DNA from: Macrostomum lignano
Lineage: Eukaryota
DNA: 64,000 nucleotides
NCBI GenBank assembly: GCA_002269645.1
Contig: NIVC01000099.1
Location: 744,001-808,000 of the forward strand
Direction: 5' to 3'
Both the position numbers and the translations under genes were made by a program. Below are positions 43,001 through 58,000 of this stretch, in pieces (position 1 is the stretch's first letter; the number at the start of each line of letters is the position of its first letter). The notes under the pieces were generated by a model that saw nothing but the letters and a program-made list of their open reading frames with translations, did no database searches and was not told where the DNA came from.

Positions 43001-46000
43001 AAGAGGTGCCCTACCCGGACCGCAAGTTCTTCTCCTACTCGGCAAACGTGGCGGTTCGCTCGGCCCAGTCGCACCTGCGCGAGAACTCCGTGTACTTCAC
43101 CGCCATGTGCGAGACCAGTCTGCTGCACCGGCTGCCCTTCCTGCGGATCGACGGCGACCGGAGCGCCGTGCCCAACGAGTTCCACAACATGATCCTGCTC
43201 AGGTGAGTAGCCTGCTCGGCCCTGTCAGCTGACTGAGAGTTTTGTTTTTTATATTTGTTATTTTTCTCTGTGAATAATGGTTGCTTCCGTGTACGCTCGC
43301 GCATAGTATTCTCTGTCCTTCTTCTCCCGCCTCTTCCCTCCCGCCTCTTCCCTCTCGCCTCTTCCCTCTCGCCTCTTCCCTCCCGCCTCTTCCCTCCCGC
43401 CTCTTCCCTCTCGCCTCTTCCCTCCCGCCTCTTCCCTCCCGCCTCTTCCCTCTCGCCTCTTCCCTCTCGCCTCTTCCCTCCCGCCTCTTCCCTCTCGCCT
43501 CTTCCCTCCCGCCTCTTCCCCCCGCCTCTTCCCTCCCCTCCCGCCTCTTCCCTCCCGCCTCATCCCTCCCGCCTCTTCCCTCTCGCCTCATCCCTCCCGC
43601 CTCTTCCCTCTCGCCTCTTCCCTCCCGCCTCTTCCCTCCCGCCTCTTCCCTCCCCTCCCGCCTCTTCCCTCCCTCCCGCCTCTTCCCTCCCGCCTCTTCC
43701 CTCCCGCCTCATCCCTCCCGCCTCTTCCCTCCTGCCTCTTCCCTCCCGCCTCATCCCTCCCGCCTCTTCCCTCCCGCCTCTTTCCCCTTCCCCCCTCTCT
43801 CTTCACATCTTTTCTCATTCTCTTTTCATTCATTTCCTAACCTGTCGATGGAAACTCTCTCCCATCTCCATCTTTTTCACGAGACAGATCTTTAGTCTTC
43901 TCGATTTTCCTTACTCGATGTATTTCTTCTCAGCAACTCAAGCGATGCCCGACCCCCCTCCTTCCCCACCCCAGCAACGTGACATTCGCGCCCGATAAAG
44001 ACGAGGCCTCCACGAACCTGCGCGCCCTGTTCCGCGCCGACACCGGACGGCCGAGCGGCGACATCCGCGACTCCTTCGAGCGGTTCATTCGCGCGGACGA
44101 AGGCTTCCACCGGTGGCTGGGCCGCGTGTCCGACTCGAGCGGCGTACGGGTCGACGGTGAGCTTTTGGTTTTTTAGTTTGAGCAGTGAATGAAGTATATT
44201 GAGATTCCGTGCTTCTGTTGAATCCAATTGACGAAGTTGATTGCGTCTTTGAAGATCAGATTTGAGTAGATCGGGTTTGAGTAAATTAGAGCGAAGCAGT
44301 TACAAGTATTTCCATGAACGGAGACCAAGCAGAGGTGGCCATGAGCAACATGGGGAGGGCGTGGCACAGCAGCACCTCTGATGCAGCGAAGGGGGAGATC
44401 TGAGCAGACGGAGACACTGGCGGAGTCGAAAAAAAGATCTGCTGATTCCGCAGAAATGCTGCAATTTTGCGTGGGCGTTGAGCCAGAGGTCTTCATCAGA
44501 CAGTTTCACTTAATTAGAATGCCCGTGTCAATATTAACCCCGTCTGGTTTGATGACTTTGTGCTGATTGGAAGCACTTGTCTTTGAAAATGATTTTCCCC
44601 AACCTCCATGAAGAACTGAAAGCAAATGAGAGTTAAGACGAAGGAGTTACGAGAGTTATCAAGAAATCAGGTGCAAAGGCTTTAAAATTTCAAAAAAAAC
44701 TTTGTACATTTCACCAAAGAGCAAAGTCTATAAAATTCCCGTATAAAAGTGGGACTGCGCATTTTGACTGTGACTGTTTTGTGAAACTCAAACAATGGTA
44801 TCACATGTGGCCCTCCATTGTGACCCTCCGATGTGACCGTCAAATAAACGGTCCCTGCACCACTCTAGATACCCTTGCACCACTCTAGATACCTTTGCAC
44901 CACTCTAGATACCCTTGCACCACTCTAGATACCTTTGCACCACTCTAGATACCCTTGCACCACTCTAGATACCCTTGCACCACTCTAGATACCCTTGCAC
45001 CACTCTAGATACCCTTGCACCACTCTAGATACCCTTGCACCACTCTAGATACCCTTGCACCACTCTAGATACCCTTGCACCACTCTAGATACCCTTGCAC
45101 CACTCTAGATACCCTTGCACCACTCTAGATACCCTTGCACCACTCTAGATACCCTTGCACCACTCTAGATACCCTTGCACCACTCTAGATACCCTTGCAC
45201 CACTCTAGATACCCTTGCACCACTCTAGATACCTTTGCACCACTCTAGATACCCTTGCACCACTCTAGATACCCTTGCACCACTCTAGATACCCTTGCAC
45301 CACTCTAGATACCTTTGCACCACTCTAGATACCCTTGCACCACTCTAGATACCCTTGCACCACTCTAGATACCTTTGCACCACTCTAGATACCCTTGCAC
45401 CACTCTAGATACCCTTGCAACACTCTAGATACCCTTGCACCACTCTAGATACCCTTGCACCACTCTAGATACCCCTGCACCACTCTACTCGTACCATACC
45501 CCGTTCTAAGCAATAAAAGACAAAAACATTTCAGAGAAGCAAATCTTCCGAACTGTCAAGTACAAGTACAAGAACTACTTTGGCGAGTCGCGCCGGCTCA
45601 TTGTGACCAAGCTGCGGTACAGCCACTACTCCAAGCGACTCTGCGGCGCCTGGTTCTCGCAGCAGATCCTGCAGAAGGCCTACTACTACACGTCCAGGCA
45701 GTACTTCACTGTGGACAGGGAGCGCGACTTCGATTTGGACCACTTTGATGAGGACGAGTGCCGGTAAGCCTCCTGTACTCGCCAGCTCAAGTGGCTCCTT
45801 TGCTTGGCGTTGGCACCTGCAGCTACTCTGCTCACCTCTGTTCTTATCTTGCGCTCTACCATCTCTCTTCCCTCCCCCTCCCACCTGTCCCACCTCTCCC
45901 ACCTCTCTCATCTATATCACCTATCCCACCACTCCCACCTTCCCACCCTCTTATCGCTACCACTTCTCCCACCTGTTTCACCTGTCCCACCCTCCCATCT

Positions 46001-49000
46001 TCCCACCTGTTCCACCCTCCCATCTTCCCACCTCTCCTACCCTCCCACCTTCCCACCTTTCCATCTCTCCCGATCTACCTGTCCCCCTGTCCCACCTGTC
46101 CTACCTGCCGAGCTTGAAACCGCAAAAATTCCCTCCTAACAGCTCGCAGGACAGCATCGAATTCACCGCGGTGTTCACATTGTCCACCCTCGGCGACCCG
46201 GAGCGGGTGTGGCGCAAGGACCTGCTGGAGCGGGAGCTGCTGGAAGGTCTTCGGTTCGTCTTTCCTGACATGGAAGTTGCCGTCCTGCAGACTTCAATCA
46301 ACCCGGCCGACGCAAAGTTCGACAAGATGCGCCGCAAGGTGCAGCACCAGGTGAGCCTGACGGTCCTGCCCGGTGTCACCGGCGGCAGCGTGCGGCCGAA
46401 GTCCACCGCCTGGGTGTCGCACTTCGCGAAGGCCGGCCTGCGCCTGTGGCTGTCCACCGGCTTCCTGCAGGCCAGGGAGGATGACCGGGTTTTCAGCATC
46501 GAGGGCGCCATCAGCGTCTCCGACATCGTGTCCGAGTGAGTTGGGGCTCGCAATTCTTTCTGCTGAGAAACCTGACCTCCCAAGGGTAGAACAGTCTCGG
46601 GCGTTGACAGTTATGTAGAAAGTGCTCATCCCTTCCGAGTAAAAATGCTTGTCCCTCTAGCCAGAACTGTACATCTCTCTGACTCTCTAGGTGAAGCATT
46701 GCTCCTTTCTGCAGGTAATTTCTCAATCTACTAATTTTTGTAGGTGAAAAGGGCTTATGCCACGTTCCTGTAAAATGTGCTCATCTTTCCCTGTAAAATG
46801 TGCTCATCTGTCCCTGTAAAATATGCTCATCTGTCCCTGTAAAATGTGCTCATCTGTCCCTGTAAAATGTGCTCATCTGTCCCTGTAAAATGTGCTCATC
46901 TGTCCCTGTAAAATGTGCTCATCTTTCCCTGTAAAATGTGCTTATCTTTCCCTGTAAAATGTGCTCATCTGTCCCTGTAAAATGTGCTCATCTGTCCCTG
47001 TAAAATATGCTCATCTGTCCCTGTAAAATGTGCTCATCAATGTGCTCATACAAGATGTGCTCATCTGCCCATATAAAAATTCTCATCGCTGCCTCCCTCC
47101 CCCGCAGCGCGACCGGCCTGGCCTTCAAGGCCAACTACGTGCTGCGCAGCTCCCGCGAGGCCACCTGGTCCAACGAGCGCCTGGCCCGCCTGTTCCGCTC
47201 CGGTTTCCTGTCACGTGACTACCGCCTAGACGCCATGCAGATCCGCCTGAACCGCGTGCCCGAGCGCACCGTCTTTGTCGTCAAATCGGCCGCCGGTTGC
47301 TCGGAGACCGGCGCCAACGCCTCACTGATCCACCACCGGGACGCCCTGCTGCTCAGCAAGGAGGACCTGCGCCACTGGTCGCAAAAGAACGCGTCTCAGC
47401 TGCGCGAGGACGCTGCGAGCCTCATAGCTGACTGCTACGCCAACGCAACTGAGGAGGCCAAGCTGGTTGCTAGGGGCTTCCGGCTGACGTTGCCCGACTC
47501 CGTGGAGGGCGCCACCTTCCTAAATCTGGACGCTCAGATTGTGTACGTTTGGGCGCCTGTTTGCCACCGTGCTTACCCAATCACCGGAATGAGAAACCCA
47601 ATCACCGGAACGAGAAACCCAATCACCGGAACGAGAAACCCAATCATCGGAATGAGAAACCCAATCACCAAAATGAGAGACCCAATCACCAGCATGAGGA
47701 GCCCAATCACCGGCATGAGAAACCCAATCACCGGAATGAGAAACCCAATCACCGGAACGAGAAACCCAATCACCGGAACGAGAAACCCAATCATCGGAAT
47801 GAGAAACCCAATCACCAAAATGAGAAACCCAATCACCAGCATGAGGAGCCCAATCACCGGCATGAGAAACCCAATCACCGGAATGAGAAACCCAATCACC
47901 GGAATGAGAAACCCAATCACCGGCGTGAGAAACCCAATCACCGGCATGAGAAACCCAATCACCGGCATGAGAAACCCAATCACCGGCATGAGAAACCCAA
48001 TCACCGGAATGAGAAACCCAATCACCGGAATGAGAAACCCAATCACCGGCGTGAGAAACCCAATCACCGGCATGAGAAACCCAATCACCAGCATGAGAAA
48101 CCCAATCACCGAAATGAGAAACCCAATCACCGAAATGAGAAACCCAATCACCAGCATGAGAAATCCAATCACCGGCATGAGAAACCCAATCACCGGCATG
48201 AGAAACCCAATCACCGAAATGAGAAACCCAATCACCAGCATGAGAAATCCAATCACCGGCATGAGAAACCCAATCACCGGCATGAGAAACCCAATCACCG
48301 GAATGAGAAACCCAATCACCAGCATGAGAAACCCAATCACCGAAATGAGAAACCCAATCACCGAAATGAGAAACCCAATCACCGGCATGAGAAACCCAAT
48401 CACCGGCATGAGAAACACAATCACCAGCATGAGAAACCCAATCACCGGCGTGAGAAACCCAAAATCACAGCCATGAGAGACCCAATCACAGCAGATGGTT
48501 TTCTAGTTGAGTACTCAAACCATCGACAAAAGAAACTCGATAAGTAGCAGGAGAAAACCAACACTCAGGCCTAAGACATTTCTCAGGTTGCACTTTTACA
48601 AATCACCTGGTCACACCTTTACAAATCACCTGGTCACAAATTTACAAATCACCTGGTCACAAATTTACAAATCACCTGGTCACAAATTTACAAATCACCT
48701 GGTCACACCTTTACAAATCACCTGGTCACACCTTTACAAATCACCTTGTCACAAATTTACAAATCACCTGGTCACACCTTACTAATTATCTAAGCGCACC
48801 GGACAAGTTTCCCGGCTCCCAGCATAAGCCGATGCTCCCAATGACTCTGTCCATCCGCAGGGGGTCGCAGCTGCAGTTCCGCACGCAGTACACCATACAG
48901 TCCGCTGACCCGCTGAGATTCGAACCCTCGCCAGCCAACGCGCTCGCCCAGTTCCGCGCCGGCCTGCTGCGCCGCGCCGACCAGCTTCGAGTGCAGGGCC

Positions 49001-52000
49001 CTGTGCCGCACCGCGCCTGCGACGACTGCCTGCTGGAGGCGGCCTGCGAGCCCCGCCTCGACGAGCTGCACCGCCGTGACTTCGCCGTCCGCCGCCTGGT
49101 GCACCTGGTCCGGGCGCGCGTCTCGCCCCGCATCTGGTCGGCCGCCGGCGACTCCGTGTCGCTGCGCCAGCTCATTAGCCACTGGGTGAAGGTGCTCTAT
49201 CTGGACTATTTCCGGGACAGCCTCCGGGAGGACAACCAGCCGCCAATCTACACCTACGTGCCGTTCGATAGCGACATGCCCATTGAGATCGAAGAGGAGA
49301 GGTGAGCCGCTGTTTCGGATAGTTATGATTACTGAAATATTATTAATAATTGGTGAATCTGGTGTGACAAAAGCAAATTACAATTCAATTGTGTGAGCGC
49401 TTGCGAGTGCCTTTGCGTCGCTTGCCCTTGCTTCAGTCATGGCCATCGCATTCCTGCAACTGGCCCCGTGTGCTAATCCGCTGTCTCTCACCTGCCGGAC
49501 CGCCCCTGGGTACCGAAATCCCCGCACAAGAGACCTCAATAAATTTATTGAAGCTAAAAGAAGCTCTGAATAGCCCTGCCCTCGGAATATTCAACTGCGG
49601 GTTTATTCAATTCGTTTCTGAGTGATTGAACGGCAGTAAAACCCGCGAGTTGAAATTTTAATTTTGTACCCAATTAGTCCGGACTCAGTTTATGTATAAC
49701 TGAGGAGAAAAATGAACTAGCGCAAACAGAGAACTTTGACGAATTGGCTGGACAGAAAAATTCAATTTATTCGCGCTTTTAATAAGCAATGAAATTTCTA
49801 AGAGATGCTTCAGTACGCTAAAATTGACGAGGCTCAGTTTCCAAAATTTTTGCTCAATATGCTTGTAATTGCGGGACTCAAAAGGACACGATTTTAATAA
49901 ATTGCTATCTTTAGGAGCCGTTGGTTTTTCCAGTTACCAAAAATATGAGTAGGTTAGCACAACTAGCTCCCCTTGAACCCCTAGCAGTCAGGTAGATCAA
50001 GTAGCAGTCAGATAAATCAAGTAGCAGTCAGGTAGATCAAGTAGCAGTCAGGTAGATCAAGTAGCAGTCAGGTAGATCAAGTAGCAGTCAGGTAGATCAA
50101 GTAGCAGTCCGGTAGATCAAGTAGCAGTCAGGTAGATCAAGTAGCAGTCCGGTAGATCAAGTAGCAGTCAGGTAGATCAAGTAGCAGTCCGGTAGATCAA
50201 GTAGCAGTCAGGTAGATCAAGTAGCAGTCCGGTAGATCAAGTAGCAGTCAGGTAGATCAAGTAGCAGTCCGGTAGATCAAGTAGCAGTCAGGTAGATCAA
50301 GTAGCAGTCAGGTAGATCAAGTAGCAGTCAGGTAGATCAAGTAGCAGTCCGGTAGATCAAGTAGCAGTCAGGTAGATCAAGTAGCAGTCCGGTAGATCAA
50401 GTAGCAGTCAGGTAGATCAAGTAGCAGTCAGGTAGATCAAGTAGCAGTCAGGTAAATCAAGTAGCAGTCAGGTAGATCAAGTAGCAGTCAGGTAGATCAA
50501 GTAGCAGTCAGGTAAATCAGGTAGCAGGCAAATAAAACCAGCAGTAGACAGGTAGAGCCGGTAGCAGTCAGGTGGGTCAACAGGCACCCACCCGGCCGCT
50601 CCGCAGGCAGCAGATCACGCTAAGCTACGTCCTCACGCGGGACTCCGAGCTGATCGACACCGGCTTCCGCAACCGCCTGCTATGGCAGGAGGAGGACTTC
50701 GCCCGCAACTTTCTGTCCGCCTTCCGCGAGTTCAACGAGATCACAGGCCTGTTCTCCGTGGTGCCGGAGCCGCTGACAGACGTGGAGCTGTACCCTCTGC
50801 TGCCGAGGCCGAGCCCCGTGATGGTGGTGTCGCCGCTGGACAAGGAGGTCATCCTGACTTTTGCCGGCCTGTCTCAGGAGAAATGCACCGATGCGATCTT
50901 AAGACAGAAGGTAATTAAAATTGAGCTGCTTGTATCTAAACCTGTACCCTAACCTGCAATCTGCCCTTCAATCCACCCTTCCCTCTACCCTTCACTCTAA
51001 TCTTCAATCTACCTTTAAATCTACACTTAAATCTGCTCTTCATTCTATTCTTCATTTTACCCTTCATTCTACCCTTCACTCTACTCTTCACTCTACCCTA
51101 TAATCTACCCTTCAATCTACCCTTCCCTAAAAGTCTTCCCGGAATCGCCGCACCCGCAGTTGAGCAGTCTGGACTCGAGCCACTATCGCATCGGCCGCAA
51201 GGTGGCCACCGTGCCGGACGGGGGCAACTGCGTCGTCCGCTTCCACATCGGGGCCCGCAACCCGGCCGAGGTCGACACCAACACCTGGAACACCACCTTG
51301 CTGAAGCAGTACTTTGCCACCAACTTCACCGGCGAGTTTTCTCGAATTTCTCTCGACTTGGTTGACACGAAGACCCCGTGTGTCTACTGCGACGCGACGC
51401 GAAGAATCTTCATCAACATCGAGGCTGAGTACAGCTCGGCTGTGCACTTTGCCGGAGTTGAGCTGCTCACCGTAAATAACTATGCTGAGAAGAGACGGCA
51501 CTTGCTGGACGATCACGTGAGTGCTGGGCGACCCCATCTGACAATCGCATCCCTGACGATCCCATACGTGAAGATCCCATCCCTGACGATCCCACCGCTG
51601 ACGATTCCATCGCTGGCGATCCCATTGCTAACGATCCCATCACTGACGATCTTATCTCTGACGATCCCATCCCTGAAGACCATGTGATTACGTCAGTAAG
51701 AATTGCTTTGTGTGAGTGAGGCTGAGGGAAAGTTGGAGCAATGGTGGGGGTGTGGGGGTTCCAAATAACATTAACACTCAAAAATAGTGCAGAAGAATAT
51801 ATCATTGTCTCATCCCCCGTCTCTATCCCTCCCTGCTTGCGCACGTGCGCGAGGGGCCCTCAGTAGACACAAAAGACCCAAGCACTGAAACCGCCATGGA
51901 AGAATCGGCACTGCAGAGTCCGTACCTGACCCCATCCTGACATCATCTCTGACTCACTGGTCGCCCCGCAGCTGGTGCCGGCATTCGACCCGGCCCGCCG

Positions 52001-55000
52001 CAGCAACCAGTTCCTGGGCCGCCGGCACTACCAGCTCGGCAGTCCGGCCAACGCAGACTTCGATTATCGCAGAGTCGGCGAGCGCGAGCGATACAGCGTC
52101 GTGTTTGACGCCCGGATGGTGCCCGAGGACGCCAGCTGGTCAGAGTACCACCTGCGCAAACTGCTGCTCGGCTGGGTGTCCAGCCAGAATGCCAAGGCCG
52201 GGAGCGATATGCACATGAACAACATCACCGTGCAGAGTGGGTGAAAATGTTGTTTCAGTGTGCATCTACCAGCTAGCTCTAGGCTCTAGTCTGCTTAATA
52301 TGAGTTAGTAGGTAGTTAAAACCAGTCTTTAGACGGATATCAAATTTAAAAAGATGGCTTTATACATAGAAGAGGTGCAAAGGGAAAAGGCTGGTAGAAT
52401 TAGTCGGCTGAAGTTACAAGACAGAAGTTGTAGATAGCTCGGAAAGAGTAGCTGGGCAGAGAGGGCAAAGAGTACCAAAGACAGGTAGATAAAGTAGACG
52501 GGTAAAGATTGTAGACAGGTAGATATAGTAGGCTGGTAGATATATTGTAGTAGACAGGTAGATACAGTAGACAGGTAGATGGTAGATATAGTAGGCAGGT
52601 AGATATAAGACGGGTAGAGATAGTAGACAGGTAGAGTAGACAGGTAGATATAGTAGACAAGTAGATATAATAGACGGGTAGAGATAGTAGACAGGTAGAG
52701 TAGACAGGTAGACGGATAAAGGATAGCTGGACAGCATTCGATTGCAAAGCGGGCAGTTCCAATTATCCCAGATTTTCTGCTTTAAACTGATGTCTGCTTT
52801 GCCCTGCCCCCCAGTCCTGGACCCGATTGAGATGTCCGAGTTCATTCCGCCGCCGAGGGCCGAGGTGTACACCGCCATGGTGAACATGTCCATGCCGGTC
52901 TTTATCAACGGAGACATCGACGTTCAGCGAGTGGTGAGTTGTTAACATGCATTCATTTATCTGAATGTTAAATGCTTAGTATTGATAATAATTAATATTT
53001 TCAGATTAGCGACGCTTTCTACGATAAGGGTCGAACTTTCACGCTCAACTTCGACAGGGAAGGGATTGTCCAAGTTGTCAAGTAAGTTTAGCCAATAAAA
53101 TGTGCTTGCAATTCTTTTTCGTCTACTGTAAGTAGAAATGCCGACAATTTAGGGCTAAAATTTGCGTAACTTGTCCATTATCAGTCGAGAGCGAGAAGAC
53201 GGAAGCCAGTCAACCTACATTAACATTGAGAACTGCCCGGCCACGATGCTCGTCCAGCTGCCGCAGTTGCTGACTCGGAAAAGCGTCATCCGGAAGCTGC
53301 AAACTGGTTTGAGCCGCTTCTCTAGCTCCAGTCTGGATCGGTTAGCCGGAAGTATTGATGTCGATTTCACCAAGATGGACATCAACGGTGAGCGCTTTTT
53401 GGGGCTTTCTGCTAGTTATGTCCGGAAAGTTCCGGCACTTTTAATTCCTGGGCAGAAGTTAATGAGCTACAAGCATCAGTGTGGTGTCATTTTAAAACGG
53501 CACATTTTTCTACTAAATTCCATATGGTATCTTTTTTTCACTGCATTCGACAATTATGCTTAAAAACCCATCGCAATGCCACTGGTAGCCTACAGTGAAA
53601 TTGAAAATCGTAAGACCACTAAATCCTTTTCAATACTTGATTAGGGATTCCACAGCCCGTCCCTCGCCAATGTACAAACCCCGAATTCCACAGCCCGTCC
53701 CTCGCCAATGTACAAACCCCGAATTCCACAGCCCGTCCCTCGCCAATGTACATACCCCGAATTCCACAGCCCGTCCCTCCCCAATGTACATACCCCGAAT
53801 TCCACAGCCCGTCCCTCGCCAATGTACAAACCCCGAATTCCACAGCCCGTCCCTCGCCAATGTACACACCCCGAATTCCACAGCCCCATCCCTCCCCAAT
53901 GTACACACCCCGAATTCCACAGCCCCATCCCTCGCCAATGTACACACCCCGAATTCCACAGCCCCATCCCTCCCCAATGTACACACCCCGAATTCCACAG
54001 CCCGTCCCTCGCCAATATACACACCCCGAATTCCACAGACACTCCAACTTCTACAATCCTGTCAGAACTTAGATTAAATACTCACAGGTCACACCCGAGT
54101 GCCTATAGATGCACTGATCCCTGCAGTACATGCTTCACATCAATCATCAAATGTGATTTCCCGAGCAGAGATCCTGCTAACCAAAGACCCGCTTCCCCGA
54201 TCCCACTGCAGTTTTCTACAACTCGGAGGCGCTGCCCAAAGCGGACTGCGGCCAGACCTCGCGCCGGGTGAAATTCCTGCTCATGCTGCGCCTGCTCAAC
54301 ACCAACGGCAACCGGGCAATCGCCAACGTGACCACCGGGTCGGCGGAATTCACCTACCGCAACGACATGGTCGCCGGCATCAAGAAGCTCGTTGAGCACA
54401 ACGTACTCGACTACTACGGCCTGGACATCAGCATTACCGGCAACAAAGAGGTGGAGATCATGTACCGCTCCACTCCCACCACCGGAGTTGTACAGGTGGA
54501 CTACAACCTGCTCAGCGTCATCCCCGGCTTTAAGTGGATCACCTTTGTACGCGACACCAACGACATTCTGAACAGGATCAGCCTGCGAACCAGCTACGAT
54601 GGGCATCAGTACCACGACGTGATGAAGCGGATTGGCTACGTGCAGTTTCGAGGAGTGCCGACCACCCACGGTGAGCCTCCCGTGTTGCTTAGTCTGGCGC
54701 CAGCCTGCCCGCTATTCATATTAGAAAAGGGTCTTTGCAAAAAAATGAACAGAAGACTGCAGTACAGGATGTGGCTAGAACTAAAATGTGCAAAGAAACG
54801 ATCTCGCTAAACCGAATTCGCAGTGTACGACCGGTGCTCATTCAGCCGGCACTTCCGGGTGCTGCAAAACACGCAGCTGTTCGTGCTGGACAGGGACCAG
54901 TTCCAGCTGCTCGGCTACTTCCTGAACCCGACGGCCGCCGTGCAGGAAATGGTGAGCACTGAAGCTTTCTCTGCACTTCTTGCCTTTATAAATCATAGCG

Positions 55001-58000
55001 CAGGACAGAGACAGCCAAAACCGAGTAAGCGAAATTCTGATGTTGTAAACCCCGGAACGGCACAGGGAGCTGCGAGAGTTCAGAGTTCAGTCCATAGAGA
55101 AGGAGGACTTTCAATATTTGCAGCTAGAACCTACGCTTCAGAAGTCAGCCACCGAAGTACGCAACGCACCATGTATAATCGGGAGCAGCAGAGAGAGAGG
55201 CGCTTTAAATAGCAGAGGGGAGAGAGGGACCACGACAGCTGCACCCAGCCGGCCAGCCAATCACGACTCGCCGTTGGCGTTGGGCCCAGGGCAGTGAATA
55301 AAACTGGGGGTTAGGCGCAAGACCAACTTTTTACGGCAGTGGGCAGAGCTAAGCTACTTTCAGTTCAGTTCAGTAGTAGGTTAAAAAGAGAAGCATTTTA
55401 ATGTATTTTTAAAGCCAAGGCTCATTTATATAGCTTTTAAACCCTCCAACCGCGCCTTTCTACACAAATCCCCACCCCAATTTTTATTGCCTTTCTCGGA
55501 ATTCCCGCCTAAAGATGCCATGTACATTTCAGTGGTGGCTAATGTACATTACTGCTGAACCAATTAGCAAGTTGTTTACGCCTGCAAGCTTTGGGTTTCT
55601 AAACTTATCAAAGTCATTTCAGCTGCTTTTTTATAAAATAGCTTGTGTATTCTTCTTTGCTACTGAACTGAAAGTAGAAAGCAGCTTTTTAAATATATAT
55701 GCCTGAGTGGCCCATCTACTTATTTTAGAATCTGAGGCCCTAATCCTTGACTGAATCACAAACTTTGACATCTACGAATGTTTTCCAAAAATGTAGCAGT
55801 TTCCAAAGTGTGACACCTGAAGCCTAACTGAGCTGAGCTACTAACATGTTCATCTTTAAAGTCCATCAGTCACTTGAACCGAGCAGCATCTCCCTCTGTG
55901 ATTAAACTTCAGGTTCGAACAATTTTCATTCTGAAGTTGAGCGGCATTCAAATCTACAGCATCGTCCCGAACACAACGGTTCTGCACCGGCACCAGATGA
56001 CTGGGTAAGCATTGTTGCTGCTGTGTTCCACTGGCAATCCGCTCAAACCTTACCTGCTAATCTGCTTTCAGCGACTCCGAGCTGTCATTCTCCATCTCCT
56101 ATGAGCTGATCGCCTCGCACCGGTTCAACATCGGGGAAAACATTCTCAGGATTTTTATTGACCAAATGCTAGACAGGATGGCCCAGGTGTACGGCTTCAT
56201 TAGGCGGCGATCGACCATTAGCAGTGAGGCTTTCTCACCTTCTTAAGGAATGCTTGAGTCACACGTCGACCCTATTCACCTCTATTACCCTCGAACTCGT
56301 TTTTTTCAGTGCTCAACGTGAAGCAGAACGGCATTCACTGCATCTCCAACATTGTCACCGAGTCCGACACCATCACAACGAGTGAGCACTTTCGCCTTTC
56401 TGCTTTCTGTGATCTAATCTATTATATGCTGTGATCTAATCTATTATATGCTGTGATCTAGTCTAGTATGTTGTGATCTAGTCTATTGTGTTGTGATCTA
56501 GTCTATTATGCTGTGATCTAGTCTATTGTGCTGTGATCTAATCTATTATGCTGTGACTAGTCTATTGTGCTGTGATCTAATCTATTATGCTGTGATCTAG
56601 TCCAGTTTGCTCTAGTGTACTTATCGCAGGATTCCAGTTGTGTTTTTATCCGCTTTATTATCAAGAAAATAAATCTGATCAAACTTTGTATGCTCTACTG
56701 CAGAATATATCAGTAGTATAAGTAGGGCATAACTCTGAACAACGCAATCAATCCGACTTTCCCAACACGCAGAGCGAGTCGGCTGCTTCCCGGTTCTGGA
56801 CGCCTCGCTAACCGTGGGCGTCTGCGCCAAGTCCAACCCGCACATCGCCCGCCAGGTGCCGATCCGGCATAACTTTGTGCTCCAGGTGGAGGCCGACTTT
56901 GTTTTTAGCGACATTTTCCCGCAGAATGATCCCGAAGCTCGGGCTGTTATCGAGTACATGGTGAGCGCTGTGCTGTTTCTGAAAAGAGAGAAAAACTTCA
57001 CATTTTTACCAAAATATGATTCGTGTTAATTATGAAATTTTTAACGTGCGTCCTTGCAAAATGCTAGCGAAAAAGAGCTTAGACTTTGTTGAAGTCCGCT
57101 GAGGTCTCACCTGGGGCGCTAAAATGTCGCTGAGGTCTCACCTGGGGCGCTAAAATTTCGCTATTGATAGTCTCACCTGGGGCGCTAAAATGTCGCTATC
57201 GATAGTCTCACCTGGTGCGCTAAAATGTCGCTATCGATAGTCTCACCTGGGGCGCTAAAATTTCGCTATCGATAGTCTCACCTGGGGCGCTAAAATTTCG
57301 CTATTGATAGTCTCACCTGGTGCGCTAAAATGTCGCTATCGATAGTCTCACCTGGTGCGCTAAAATGTCGCTATCGATAGTCTCACCTGGGGCGCTAAAA
57401 TGTCGCTGAGGTCTCACCTGGGGCACTAAAATGTCGCTATCGATAGTCTCACCTGGGGCGCTAAAATTTCGCTATCGATAGTCTCACCTGGGGCGCTAAA
57501 ATGTCGCTATCGATAGTCTCACCTGGGGTGTTAAAATGTCGCTATCGATAGTCTCACCTGGGGCGCTAAAATGTCGCTATCGATAGTCTCACCTGGGGTG
57601 TTAAAATGTCGCTGAGGTCTCACCTGGGGCGCTAAACTGTGCTCAAGACTCTCCTGCGACGCTAAATCAAGAAAGACCGCAATATTTAAAGGTAGAACCG
57701 TATGCAACTATTTTTAAAACGCCAAGGCCCTTACTTATCCAAGCCGTAAAGAAAACTAGACACGTTCGAAACTACTGGTCACTTTCGGGGTTGAAAAATT
57801 ACATGTTTATTATTGACCAGGGGGCTGTTTGCCTACTGGCAAATGCTGCTCCACATTGTCTGTGTGTTAGTTTATATATCTTAGTATCTGTGTCAGCATC
57901 AGCTTTGATTTTGGCATCGAGTCTCTTGGCCTAGGGTGCCAATTATCACTATGAACGATTCTGGTAACACAGCTTGGTAACCCACTCGCCACCCGCTCAC

